This document shows positions 1 to 10,490 of a DNA stretch of 64,000 nt, piece by piece. The stretch is from Spirochaetia bacterium. GTDB lineage: Bacteria; Spirochaetota; Spirochaetia; SP-2023. The notes under the pieces are model-generated. The model saw nothing but the letters and a program-made list of their open reading frames with translations. It had not been told where the DNA came from and did not search any database. The stretch lies in assembly GCA_965263295.1 (NCBI GenBank), contig OZ253665.1:1-64000 (forward strand), in the 5' to 3' direction. Each line of letters begins with the position of its first letter. Position 1 is the first letter of the stretch. A program made the position numbers and the translations under genes.

Positions 1-783
1 ATTGATGGCGCTGCATATTTATTCAAAATTCTCGAAGATGCAAACAATGCGGAATACAGCAATGCCGAGTGGGGTGCTGCCGCAAAGGCTTTGGGGCAGA
101 TGAACAAAACTGCGGCGGTCGGCATGATTTTGCAGCAATTCCGCAATGGCAATAGCCAGGAACGCTATCAAGCGGTAATGGCTCTCAGCTCTTTTGCGCC
201 ACAGCCTGAGTTTGAAGCTGTGGTTTTGCAGGGTTTTCAGGAGGCTTACTGGAAGACGCGCGAAGAAGCGGCCAAAGCTGCCGGTCGCCTCAATTTGCAA
301 TCGGCAATCCCCAGCCTGATGTACAAGGTGGCCAAAGATAGCGTGGCAAGTGTCCGGCTTGCCGCCATTCAGGCTTTGCGCCATCTGGGGGCTGCCGGCA
401 GCAGCGCCCTTAAAGAACTGGTACAGGACCCGGATGTCGGCGAGACCCAGCGTCTGGCCGTATTGCAGGCTTTAATCAAAGCACAAGATCAGAGTGCCGT
501 GGAAATTTTTCGCCAACTGCTGGACGATTCAGAGAACAAGTTTAAAATATCACGTGCGGGAATCTTCCGTATTGCCGCCAGTGAGCCCTGGTCGGCACTG
601 GACTTTGTCTACACTGAAATGCTTGCACACAGAGATCGAAGGACCCGGCAGCAGGCACTGCATTCAATTGCCCGTGCGCGCATCAAGAATTTGCAGGGAC
701 AAGTCGAGGACCTGGCAGAGAATTCACCTGATTCGGCGCTCCGTCAAAGCGCCAAGGCGACTTTGACGACATTGGATTCCTGA
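1..783 (+). CDS. HEAT-repeat protein, 5' end outside window
   Basis: Frame open from base 1; repeated HEAT-like helices (VRLAAIQALRHLG, TREEAAKAAGRL, TRQQALHSIAR). Confidence 0.75.
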   Translation: MDGAAYLFKILEDANNAEYSNAEWGAAAKALGQMNKTAAVGMILQQFRNGNSQERYQAVMALSSFAPQPEFEAVVLQGFQEAYWKTREEAAKAAGRLNLQSAIPSLMYKVAKDSVASVRLAAIQALRHLGAAGSSALKELVQDPDVGETQRLAVLQALIKAQDQSAVEIFRQLLDDSENKFKISRAGIFRIAASEPWSALDFVYTEMLAHRDRRTRQQALHSIARARIKNLQGQVEDLAENSPDSALRQSAKATLTTLDS

Positions 784-842
784 GTGCCTCAGGCTCCGCT
801 TGAGACACCTCTTTGGCGCCCGGGGACGGAGCACGAAAGCAT

Positions 843-1814
843 ATGACAAAAATTAATTGGTTTCCGGGGCATATGAATAAAGCCCTGCGGCAGATTGAGT
901 CGGCCTTGGACGGGGCCGACTTTGTACTTGAGCTGCGCGACGCCCGCGCGCCATTGGCCTCGGCCAATCCCTTGCTGGGGCAACTCCTGCGGGGGCGCAA
1001 ACGTCTAATTGTGCTGAACAAGGCGGATTTGGCCGATCCGCGCCAGAATGATGCCTGGGCGCAGTTTTATCGAAAACAGCAACTTGAGACGGTCAGTACT
1101 TCCTTTGCTCACCAACAGCAAAAGAATGGCCAGAAGTTGCTGCGGGCCCTGGAGCAGAATTTTGGCGGGCAGAAGAAGAAGGGACCCCACGGAGCGCAGT
1201 GGAGCCGCGCTGCGCGCGGCCTGGTTGTCGGCATACCGAATGTGGGCAAGTCGACTTTAATCAATTCTCTTGTGGGGCAGCGAAAACTCAAGACTGAGGA
1301 CCGTGCCGGTGTGACCCGGCAGCTCAGCCTGGTGCGTTTGAATCAAAATTATAGCCTTTTTGACAGTCCGGGCATGTTGTGGCCAGACTTGCAGGATCAG
1401 CGTGCGGCGGCCCGCCTGACCTTAATGGGGTCGCTAAAAGATCAAATTGTCGAAGAGGAACTGCTGCTTTGTTTTTTTATACAAGAATTTGAAATTTTGT
1501 ACCCAAAGTTGCTCGAAACACATTATCGCCTGGCGGCTGCGTCCCTTTGTGAGTTGCGCGAAGCTCTGCGCGCGGGCGGGCAGGAGGCCTCAGCCGCTTG
1601 TGATGAATCGCCGCGTGCGCCGGGCATATTGCTGGCGGGGCTAGACCCGTGCCTGCTGTATGCGGCGCTGGACTGCCTGGGTTTGCGTCTGCAGTGCCGG
1701 CACAGAGCGGACAGGATGGATTATCGCCGGCTGCTTGGTCACTTGCTGCGCGATTTTCAGCGCGGTAAACTGGGGCGGATCAGTTTAGAGCACTGCCGGG
1801 TTCACGGGCGTTGA
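843..1814 (+). CDS. ylqF: Ribosome biogenesis GTPase YlqF/RbgA
   Basis: INWFPGHM N-terminus; circularly permuted motifs NKAD, GIPNVGKS, DSPG; ATG at 843. Confidence 0.95.
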   Translation: MTKINWFPGHMNKALRQIESALDGADFVLELRDARAPLASANPLLGQLLRGRKRLIVLNKADLADPRQNDAWAQFYRKQQLETVSTSFAHQQQKNGQKLLRALEQNFGGQKKKGPHGAQWSRAARGLVVGIPNVGKSTLINSLVGQRKLKTEDRAGVTRQLSLVRLNQNYSLFDSPGMLWPDLQDQRAAARLTLMGSLKDQIVEEELLLCFFIQEFEILYPKLLETHYRLAAASLCELREALRAGGQEASAACDESPRAPGILLAGLDPCLLYAALDCLGLRLQCRHRADRMDYRRLLGHLLRDFQRGKLGRISLEHCRVHGR

Positions 1815-2523
1815 CTGGCCCTTCGGCTCCGGGATGTCGCAGCGCGACCGGCGCCGTCTCACAGGCCCGGCAAAACTTCAGGATACTTTCGATGCTCCAG
1901 TGTTTGAGCTGTCCGCTGGCGGGGTGGCTCTTGAGGCCATAGGCGGCAATTTGCGGGCGCTGCCAGCCTTTGAGCAGGTAGGCAATTTGCGCTGAGGGCA
2001 AGACGGCGTGTAGAGACTGTATGTGATATATTAATTTTGTGTGAATAAAGTCTGCGAAAATTTCTTTTTTATTTTCCCGAACAGATGACCGGCAAGATGC
2101 CTGCGAAAAGACTTGGGCGAAGCGCAGTTGCGGGAATAATTTCGGCAAGCGCTCGCTGTAGAGTTCGGAAAGCAAAAGGCTGCTCGCGCTACCTGTGATG
2201 GGGTAGAGCAATACCGCGCCGCTGCCTGCCTCTTGAACTAATGTTTGGCAATTTTCTGCCATCAGGGCCAAGTTTTTTTCTACAGGCAAGTCTGGATCTA
2301 AGTGTGACAATAAAATAGCTGGCATTGCGCTGTCCTGCGAGCCGTGTGCATTTTGTCGCCGCGCGAGCCGCAGCTGCAAGGCCAGTTGCCGCAGTTGCCT
2401 GTGCGCTGTGATGTCGCAGCCTGAACCGCCAGATAAAAACAGCCGGGCCATCGCATCATCGCCGATGAACTGGTTCATTTCAAAGTGTATGCGGGTGTCG
2501 CTGAGTCGGGTGACAGCAGACAT
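1780..2523 (-). CDS. Hypothetical protein
   Basis: 247-aa ORF filling the gap between ylqF and the M23 gene; no family recognised. Confidence 0.55.
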   Translation of the reverse strand: MSAVTRLSDTRIHFEMNQFIGDDAMARLFLSGGSGCDITAHRQLRQLALQLRLARRQNAHGSQDSAMPAILLSHLDPDLPVEKNLALMAENCQTLVQEAGSGAVLLYPITGSASSLLLSELYSERLPKLFPQLRFAQVFSQASCRSSVRENKKEIFADFIHTKLIYHIQSLHAVLPSAQIAYLLKGWQRPQIAAYGLKSHPASGQLKHWSIESILKFCRACETAPVALRHPGAEGPVNAREPGSALN

Positions 2524-2692
2524 GCTTTGCTCCTCTGATACTTAAAAGGAACAAAATCTGTGAATTTTCTGGCGTGTATTTTTACGCAAAAAAGGAACCG
2601 AGGCCAAGTGGATATTTTTGCAGGCTCTTGTATAATTGTATTTTGCCATTACAATGCCGCTCTTGCGAGAGCTTGAGTGGGGAGCCAATCCT

Positions 2693-3730
2693 ATGACAGA
2701 TGATAAAATCAAGTCGGTTTTTCGGCACTTCGTCAGAAGGCGTTTAGTCGCGCTTTTGGCCTGGTCCAACCAGAGGGTCCCGCTGATCCTCGTCCCCGCT
2801 TCGCACAGCAACCCCATAGTTCTAAATTTTCGGCCCCTGTGGCCTATCCTGTTTGTCGTGGTGGTGGCCGTCATTGTCGGGACTAGCGCCATCGTTTTGT
2901 CCAACGGCGCCAGGACGCACCTAGCCAAGGCCACGCTGGCCCGAGAGCTGGACGATAGTCGCAAGGCTCTCGACGATGTGCACTCGCAGATTGAAAACAT
3001 GCTTCAATTGATGGATCGCTTTCAAAATACGATCTCCCTGTTGAGATCAGATTCTAATGAGTCAAACATAGGTGCAGACTATAGTCCGCAGGATTTTATC
3101 GACATTACTGCTGCCGCGGGCATGGTTGGTTCAAGCAATATGAGTGATGTCGAGCGCCTTAAACTGCTGAATGCGGCGATTGAAAACTCAATAGCCCCGC
3201 TCAGGAAGTCCCTGAGTCTGCTGGCGAATCAGCAGCAACTGTTGATTGAGTTGCCGACGATGTGGCCGGTGAAAAACCACCAGGGGCGGATATCTTTTTT
3301 GTTCGGTCCGAATTTGGATCCTATTCTTCGCACTCGCTGGTACCTGCATCGAGGCCTGGACATCGCGGATAATCCCGGAACCCCTCTGGTTGCCGCGGCG
3401 GGAGGCAAGGTGGTTGAGGTTGACCACAGTCCCAGAGCCTATGGAAACTATGTCGTCATCAAACACAAGTATGGCCTTTCGACCCTGTATGCCCATCAAC
3501 AGCAGGTCTTTGTCGGCCTGGGCGATATCGTCCGGCAGGGCGACATCATAGGTCTGATGGGCGCTACGGGACGGGTCACGGGGCCCCATGTTCACTTTGA
3601 GATCCGCATCGGTTCGGAGGTCGTCGATCCCGTTGTTTATTTGAGCATGTCTGAGAGCAATCGCAAGAGTATTGATGATTATTTCAATCACGATCAGAGA
3701 AATTTAACAGGTGGTAGAGGTAGGTGGTAG
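2693..3730 (+). CDS. M23 family metallopeptidase
   Basis: N-terminal TM plus coiled coil; HRGLD and YAH...HVHFE zinc motifs; ATG at 2693 after GGAG. Confidence 0.92.
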   Translation: MTDDKIKSVFRHFVRRRLVALLAWSNQRVPLILVPASHSNPIVLNFRPLWPILFVVVVAVIVGTSAIVLSNGARTHLAKATLARELDDSRKALDDVHSQIENMLQLMDRFQNTISLLRSDSNESNIGADYSPQDFIDITAAAGMVGSSNMSDVERLKLLNAAIENSIAPLRKSLSLLANQQQLLIELPTMWPVKNHQGRISFLFGPNLDPILRTRWYLHRGLDIADNPGTPLVAAAGGKVVEVDHSPRAYGNYVVIKHKYGLSTLYAHQQQVFVGLGDIVRQGDIIGLMGATGRVTGPHVHFEIRIGSEVVDPVVYLSMSESNRKSIDDYFNHDQRNLTGGRGRW

Positions 3731-3736
3731 ATACGG

Positions 3737-4405
3737 ATGTCTGAAGTACAGAATCAAGCCATGGGGCGTTACAATTCGTCCAGCTTTTCAATCATTGGCG
3801 AGGCGGCCGTTTACCGTGGCGATGTCGAATTTGAGGGTGTGCTGCAGATCAACGGCGATTTCTTCGGCAATATCAAGGGCAATGGGGACTTGGTGATCGG
3901 ACTTTCGGGGCGGATTCGTTCGGTGGTTGAAGCCAATAATGTGATTATCAGTGGTCTGGTCTGTGGCAATGTGTATGCCTTGGGACGCGTTGGCATAAAA
4001 TCTTCGGCGATTGTGATCGGCGATATCCAGGCTGCCTCTCTGGTCGTCGAGGAAGGGTCAATTTTGCACGGCAAGTTGGAGATTCTGGAGCGGGAGGAGG
4101 GCCGCAAGGTCGCCCGTTCAAGTCTATTTTCACAGCGCAAGCCGGCAAATAAGCTTGAAAATAAACCGGCAGATATTGTCGATGCGCCAGCTGCCAATGA
4201 TAACAAAGAGGACGCACAGGGCCAAGAGCTGACCGGCGCTGTGCGTGTGCCCGGCGAGACGGAAAAGGGCGCTGTGTCAAGAAAAATACCAGAGGAAATG
4301 CCAGAAGAGACGCCAGGAAAAACGCCGGCGAAAATCTCAGAAGAGACGCCGGACAAATCGCATGAACCCGCGATTCGCAAGGGCAAGTATTCGGTTTGGA
4401 ATTAG
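3737..4405 (+). CDS. Bactofilin (polymer-forming cytoskeletal protein)
   Basis: SIIGE...GDVEFEGVLQING...GDIQAASLVVEEG beta-helix pattern; follows M23 gene. Confidence 0.9.
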   Translation: MSEVQNQAMGRYNSSSFSIIGEAAVYRGDVEFEGVLQINGDFFGNIKGNGDLVIGLSGRIRSVVEANNVIISGLVCGNVYALGRVGIKSSAIVIGDIQAASLVVEEGSILHGKLEILEREEGRKVARSSLFSQRKPANKLENKPADIVDAPAANDNKEDAQGQELTGAVRVPGETEKGAVSRKIPEEMPEETPGKTPAKISEETPDKSHEPAIRKGKYSVWN

Positions 4406-4417
4406 GGCGGGACGACG

Positions 4418-4915
4418 GTGGCGGCCAAGCTACAAAATCTGGATCAGAATCTGTCTGCCGCCGGCCTGCTCGCGGTGCGCGATCAACGCGGGAGAAAGAC
4501 GGAGCGGCCCGCAGCCGTCAGGGCAAAATTCCTGCGTCTGCTGCAGAAACAGGAGGGTGCAACCGCTGGCGTGGGGGCGACAGAGCGCGGGGAGCATCTG
4601 CGCGACTGTCTAGAGCAAGTGACACGGGCGGGACGGCGCTTGCAGCAGGCACCGAGCTGCAGTGCACTGCGCGAGTACCGCAGTGCGGTTCAGGGCTTTT
4701 TGCAACAGAGCTTGGCTGCCTTGTACCAGACTGAAGAAGTGCTGGGGCGGCTCAATTACAGCACGGGCCAACGCAAAAAATATTGCCTGATCCAGGTAAT
4801 TGACGAGAAGCTGGAACAATTGGTGCGAGCGGTGCTGAATGAACAGCGTGCGAATCTGGAAATTCTGCGACGCATTGAGGAGATCAATGGCTTGCTGGTC
4901 GATCTGCTGTATTGA
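4418..4915 (+). CDS. YaaR/DUF327 family protein
   Basis: LREYRSAVQGFL and C-terminal IEEINGLLVDL signature. Confidence 0.85.
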   Translation: MAAKLQNLDQNLSAAGLLAVRDQRGRKTERPAAVRAKFLRLLQKQEGATAGVGATERGEHLRDCLEQVTRAGRRLQQAPSCSALREYRSAVQGFLQQSLAALYQTEEVLGRLNYSTGQRKKYCLIQVIDEKLEQLVRAVLNEQRANLEILRRIEEINGLLVDLLY

Positions 4916-5192
4916 AGCTTCGGGCAAAACTTTAGAAGCAAACTTGGCGGCGGGGCTTGAGACAAGCTCTCCTGTCACGTAAAGCGGGGACCAAAATCTT
5001 GACTCGGGGATTTTTCTTATGAAAGGCGAAATCTGCGTGCAAAATCCGTCTCGCAACCTCTTTTAATACCTGTATTGTAAGCTATTTTAACTATATTTAT
5101 AATCTAACTAAGGTTTAAATCATGCTGGAGTTTGAAGGGTGGTTAAATATGGGAAATCTGGACGCGACTCGGCAGGTCAGTAAGAGAAGCCG

Positions 5193-6164
5193 GTGATTCG
5201 CCGATACTTGAACGCCAAAGGCCTTCTGAGGCTGGACAATCATCCCGACGGGGAAACCGGCAAGGTGGTGTGGTTTGACCTGCTAAACCCGACCGCCGAA
5301 GATGATGCCTGGCTCGGTGCGGAACTGGGGATTACTCTGCCCCGACGCGAAGACATGGAAGAGATTGAGGTATCCTCCCGCCTCTACTATGACGACGATG
5401 CCGCCGTCATGACGGCGACACTGCTCGCCCAGTCAGATCGCGACTACTATCAGATGGCGCCGGCGGCTTTCATGCTGACGGCCGACCGGCTGATAACCAT
5501 TCGCTATCACGAGCCGTGCGCTTTCGCAACCTTTCCGGCTCGCGTCGAAAAGGTTGCGATGAAATGCAGCGACGGCGAGGTGGTACTGGTGGCTCTACTG
5601 GATGCGATTATCGACCACATTGCCGATACTCTAGAAATTGCCGGCCGCGACATTGATGGCATTTCCCACAATGTCTTCCAGCCCTGCAGTACCACCTCCG
5701 GCGCGACCCGCGACTTCCAGGCCATACTGGAGTCGCTCGGCCACAAAGGCGACCTGATCTCAAAGGTCCGCGACAGCCTGGTGACCCTGGAACGGCTGAT
5801 TGCGTTCCTCAGCCAGGTGACTATCCAGCGCAAGAGCATCAAGGACGTACTGCACCGCGTGAAGACGCTGGCCCGCGACGCCCGCTCTTTGATTGATCAT
5901 GCGGCCTTCCTGTCACAGAAGATATCCTTTTTGCTGGACGCCTCACTGGGCATGATCAACATCCAGCAGAATTCCATCATCAAGATCTTCTCTGTGGTCG
6001 CTGTCGCCTTTATGCCGCCGACCCTCATTGCGTCGGTTTACGGCATGAACTTTTTGCATATGCCCGAGCTGGGTTGGCCCTGGGGCTATCCGCTGGCGAT
6101 TGCTCTGATGGTAATCTCGGCGGCTGTGCCTCTGTGGTATTTTAAACGGCGCGGCTGGCTCTAG
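5193..6164 (+). CDS. corA: Magnesium transporter CorA
   Basis: EIEVSSRLY, PPTLIASVYGMNF (GMN motif), MPELGW and two C-terminal TMs. Confidence 0.95.
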   Translation: MIRRYLNAKGLLRLDNHPDGETGKVVWFDLLNPTAEDDAWLGAELGITLPRREDMEEIEVSSRLYYDDDAAVMTATLLAQSDRDYYQMAPAAFMLTADRLITIRYHEPCAFATFPARVEKVAMKCSDGEVVLVALLDAIIDHIADTLEIAGRDIDGISHNVFQPCSTTSGATRDFQAILESLGHKGDLISKVRDSLVTLERLIAFLSQVTIQRKSIKDVLHRVKTLARDARSLIDHAAFLSQKISFLLDASLGMINIQQNSIIKIFSVVAVAFMPPTLIASVYGMNFLHMPELGWPWGYPLAIALMVISAAVPLWYFKRRGWL

Positions 6165-6301
6165 AGCCAAGATCAAGGCCTAGTCGCCCGCTGCGATATC
6201 AGAAGTATTTCACGTTCTGGCCCGTCTCAACCTTGATGCTGTCGCTGATGTGGGTGCGCCCCGCGCTTGGCCAGCAGCACATCGAATACCTGGAGGCTTA
6301 A

Positions 6302-7620
6302 GTGACCGCACTGCAAACGGAGCTGACGTTGCGGAACTTTTCGAGCTATGCCGCACTTGCCTTCATGATCTGGTCTGGTGACTGTGGGCGTCACCGACCT
6401 TCTGATGGTCGGCGTGCTCGGTGTCACCCATGTCGCCGCAGTCGGACAAGGCGACTTGATCGCGACCTGCATCCTCGCTGCGTTTATCGGCTTTGTCGAT
6501 GTCTTTGCGACACGGTGGCGACCGCCGAAGAGTCCGTAGACCGGCGCGCGGCAGATCGGACTGTCTTTGGGTTTCCTCTGCGCCGTTCTTCTCTGCGCGG
6601 CGGCAGCCATTGTGGCGGGCATGCTGATCCATCCTGCTCTCGTGCTGATGCAGCAGGTCGACGAGTTGATCGATCCGATCAATGCCTATGTGGTGCATCG
6701 GCTATACGGGGTGGCGCCTTCCCTCATTTACATGGCCGCCAGCGAGGCGCTCAAAATCTCCGGACTTCGGACGCGCGCCCTTCATATCCTGCTGTTCGGC
6801 TTCGCCGCCAATGCTGGTCTGAACGCGCTTTTTCTTTACACGCCGACCGCGGCTCTGTTCGACTCGCCGGAGGCCGCGGTAGCGGTGGCGACGATGCTTG
6901 TGAACATTGCGATGGACGCCATCGCCGCACTTGTCTGGATCAGGCATGTCAAGGCCCCGCCCTCCGAAGAGCGTGTCGGGATATGGAAGCTGGCGCGACT
7001 GAATCTGGGCTTTCTGTTTTGAACCGCGCCCGGTATCAGCGCGCGCATCCTGAACGACTATGCCAGCAGCGTCATTCCGATCCTGTTCATTGGCACAATG
7101 AATACCGTCGCCGCGGCAGCCGTCGCAACCAAAATCTATACATTGTTCTGCCGTTTGCCGCAGGCGGCCTTCGCGGCCTCCTTCGTCTACTATAGCTATG
7201 AGCTTGAGGCGCGAGAGGGTAAGCCTGACTCGGAAGACTCGCGAAGGGTGATCCGCACACTGTTGCGCTGCGCTGCCTGGCCGACGGCGATCGCACTAGT
7301 TGCGACGCTGGCCGCTTCACCTTGGCTGGTACGGCTGCTTTTCGGCGGCGGCATCGACATGCCACTGGCACGAAGTCTGCTCTTGGCGTATCTGCTCTAT
7401 TTTTTTGAACACTTCTATGGCGAGCTGTTGACCGCAAATGCGCGCGCGGGTCTTCTGTTCAGCACATCGACTGCGGCCACCTACCTCCTCACGATTCCGA
7501 TCGCTTACATCTCGGTTTTCCTGGCGGATTCTGCCTTTTCGCTATCCTCGGCAAAGGTGTCGCCGTGGCGTTGCTCGCTTTCGTCTACTGGTCACAATTC
7601 CGCCGCGTGCACCGACGGCA
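6302..7620 (+). pseudogene. MATE-like efflux transporter, multiply frameshifted
   Basis: Hydrophobic MATE-like segments in different frames (TDLLMVGVLGVTHVAAVG ~6395, ORFs 6567-7022 and 7098-7700); ends approximate. Confidence 0.7.
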
Positions 7621-7793
7621 AGGAACGTTCTCAATGCATGACGGTGTCTCGGCATTCCGGCACATGGAGTGATCAACGACGAAAGGAGCAAAGGGCCTGA
7701 CTGTTGTAGATCATTTTTTATAAACAGTTTACAATTTTTTGTTGGCAAATTTTTATCAATTATTGCAATATAATATTTTCTTGTTATAATATT

Positions 7794-8837
7794 TTGATAT
7801 TGAAAGTATTATCATCAAGGAAAGAAATTGTGTTTGACTTTAAAAATGAATTCCCACATCACTACCGGGATGTTTTTGCGAGGCCATCGCTGCTGAAAAC
7901 ATACTTAAACGAAGCCGGCTTTGTGCATGCCGTTGAAAAAATGATGTATAATAGTCAGTTGAGTTACTTCCGCGCGGAGCCAGACTGTGTGGCCGAGTTT
8001 CTGCTGGAGTATCGGCAAACTATGCTGCACGCTCTGGCAAACTTTGTCCACAAAGGGATCTCGTTGGAACAATATATTGGACACTTATTAAAATTGTACC
8101 GCAGGAACTTTGCCAAGCTCAAACAGGCCCAGTCTGAGAAGTACGAGATGCTGCACAGTTCCTACAGCGAGATCACCCTAAATCGCGATACTGGGCAGGA
8201 GCATTTGGAGAATCTGAGGGAGCCGGACTGCAATTATTGTGGGCCTAGCGCGGCCTGGGACGAACAATTGACGTTGTTGCAGGCACCACAATCAGGAGAT
8301 GGCCGGGAGATTCGGGAACTAATTTTGCACATCGCGCGTGAAATTGCGGGCGATGACAGGGAAAATTTGGGCAATAAAATACAGTTCTCCAGGTTATTAC
8401 AGGTTTTGTTAGTATTGAATACAGAGCATGTCGGGTCCCCATTCATCGACACGCTGCTGCGAAAAGCCGGTTTTTCTGCCTTGCAATATGAAAATATGTT
8501 GACAAAACGCGAAACTTATTTGGCCGCATATCGCCAGAAACGCAATGAGCAACAACGCCTGCTGCATCGTTGTTACCTAAAGTATCTTGCAACGCAACGT
8601 CGACTTCACCACAGTGGCGACGAGCACGAAGCCGCAACCGCAGAACGAGAGGATTGTAAAAACGATTTGCAGCGACAGTACCGAGCCCTGAATGCCCTGC
8701 GTATGCGCTACAGCCGCATGCGCAGGGCTATTTCTATCCAGCAACTCGCCGAATTACTACAAATCCCGGCTTTTGAATTGAGGCCCTACTTCGTAAAAAT
8801 TCAGGAATATATGATGCTTAAAATGTTGAATAAATGA
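7794..8837 (+). CDS. Hypothetical protein with possible C-terminal HTH
   Basis: 347-aa ORF; C-terminal SIQQLAELLQIP resembles an HTH; start uncertain. Confidence 0.65.
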   Translation: MILKVLSSRKEIVFDFKNEFPHHYRDVFARPSLLKTYLNEAGFVHAVEKMMYNSQLSYFRAEPDCVAEFLLEYRQTMLHALANFVHKGISLEQYIGHLLKLYRRNFAKLKQAQSEKYEMLHSSYSEITLNRDTGQEHLENLREPDCNYCGPSAAWDEQLTLLQAPQSGDGREIRELILHIAREIAGDDRENLGNKIQFSRLLQVLLVLNTEHVGSPFIDTLLRKAGFSALQYENMLTKRETYLAAYRQKRNEQQRLLHRCYLKYLATQRRLHHSGDEHEAATAEREDCKNDLQRQYRALNALRMRYSRMRRAISIQQLAELLQIPAFELRPYFVKIQEYMMLKMLNK

Positions 8838-8854
8838 GTTTAAGCATGCTAGAT

Positions 8855-10447
8855 TTATTTCAATAACAAACCACAGTGCCGCAAGAAACGCCGCCAGGCG
8901 CCATCGCTTGTCAGGACGCCACAGTGGTTTAAGCCTTCGACAAAAACCTCGGCAACTTTTTTTTGCAAATAATCTTGCAGCTCTTGAGTCCCTCTTGATT
9001 GTGCCTCGTCTCCACTCAGTTGCCGCAACCACGGCAGGTGCTGCCGCAGAGCCGCACTTTGCTCCAGTGACTGTCGCTCCTCGCTCTTGGCGGAGGCCAG
9101 CAGGTAATCGGCCATCAGCTTCATCTCCGCTTTCAGGCGGCCGGGCAGTATGGCTAGTCCCATGACCTCAATCAGGCCGATGTTTTCCTTCTTTATGTGA
9201 TGGATTTCGGCATGGGGATGATAAATTCCCAGCGGGTGTTCGGCGCTGCAGCGGTTGTTGCGCAGCACGAGAAAAAACTCATATAGCCCTTTGTGCTGGC
9301 GAACGATGGGTGTTATGGTATTGTGTGGGGCTTCGGTCTGGGCCAAGATATTGTTGGCTTGGTCCGAATAGCTGCGCCAGCACTCCAGGACTGCGGTTCC
9401 CAATTCTGCCAATGGCTCGGCTTCTTTGGCGCGCAGGCGCAGGCAGGATAGCGGCCATTGCAGGATGTCCGCGCTCGCGCCTGCAGGTAGGTGCCGCCAG
9501 GGGAGTTCGCGGCTGAAGGGTTGCACGGCGGCGCGGAACATCGGGAACTCATAACGCCCAGCTTGAAAGTGGTGATGACTGAGGATTGAGCCCCCCACAA
9601 TCGGCAAGTCCGCGTTGGAACCGACCATGTAGTGGGGAAATTGGCGCACAAAGTCAAATAACTCGGCAAAGGCTTCGCGCCCAATTGCCATCGGCTTGTG
9701 TTCGCGAGATAATAAAATACTGTGTTCAGGATAATAAAGGTAGGGCGAATACTGTAAAGCGAAATCGTTGCCGTTCAATTTTAGCTCAATTACCCGGTGA
9801 TTGAAACGCGGGGCCCAGTTCATGTGTCCGGGGTAGCCTTCGTTTTCTTGGCACAGCACGCAACGGGGGTAGTCGCTGGACTGTTTCTGCCTTGCAGCTG
9901 CCGCAATGGCCTTGGGGTCCTTCTCTGGCTTTGCGAGGTTTATGGTGATCTCCATGGTGCCGTAGAGACTATCACTTTGCCAGGAAAAGTTTTGAGCCAG
10001 TCGGTCCCGACGAATGTAGCCGCTATCTTGCGAGATTTGATAAAATGAGTCGGTAGCCGCGGTAGCGGCTATGCTGTACTTTTGCCAGAAGCAGGCTTCC
10101 AGTTGACTGGGTAGAGGGCAGACTTGGCCGAGCAGATTGCTCAAAAACAGGTCGGCCTCAGTGACGCTCTGCTCGTCGTAGAGTGACTGTGCGGCAGCCC
10201 ATTTCAGAATGGCTTTGCTCAGGCTGTATATATCTTGGTTTTTGTCGTTATCGGAGCTGTACAAAGACCTAGAATCTGACTGTGGATCCTGGCCTTCCAG
10301 GTGCAGAAATAAATATAAGCGCCCCCTAGCCACCAGACGGTCGCGCGCTTGTAAAAGCAGGCGCCGCTCGGCGAAGTCGAGCAGCCTTTCGAGTTGGGCG
10401 TAAATGTCTCCACTCTCGCCAATCCTTGATTTTCTGAGAGTTTCCAT
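8855..10447 (-). CDS. galT: Galactose-1-phosphate uridylyltransferase (GalT type 2)
   Basis: EITINLAKPEKDPK, YPRCVLCQENEGY, SNADLPIVGGSILSH, HIKKENIGLIEVMGLAILPGRLK; ATG at 10447. Confidence 0.95.
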   Translation of the reverse strand: METLRKSRIGESGDIYAQLERLLDFAERRLLLQARDRLVARGRLYLFLHLEGQDPQSDSRSLYSSDNDKNQDIYSLSKAILKWAAAQSLYDEQSVTEADLFLSNLLGQVCPLPSQLEACFWQKYSIAATAATDSFYQISQDSGYIRRDRLAQNFSWQSDSLYGTMEITINLAKPEKDPKAIAAAARQKQSSDYPRCVLCQENEGYPGHMNWAPRFNHRVIELKLNGNDFALQYSPYLYYPEHSILLSREHKPMAIGREAFAELFDFVRQFPHYMVGSNADLPIVGGSILSHHHFQAGRYEFPMFRAAVQPFSRELPWRHLPAGASADILQWPLSCLRLRAKEAEPLAELGTAVLECWRSYSDQANNILAQTEAPHNTITPIVRQHKGLYEFFLVLRNNRCSAEHPLGIYHPHAEIHHIKKENIGLIEVMGLAILPGRLKAEMKLMADYLLASAKSEERQSLEQSAALRQHLPWLRQLSGDEAQSRGTQELQDYLQKKVAEVFVEGLNHCGVLTSDGAWRRFLRHCGLLLK

Positions 10448-10490
10448 GCTCGTGTTCCTTGTTCGTATCCCTTTAGGCGGGGGGCCTGGA

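Noticed and set aside
6302..7195. 297-aa Arg-rich ORF as a real protein
   Set aside because: Out-of-frame read-through of the frameshifted MATE pseudogene.
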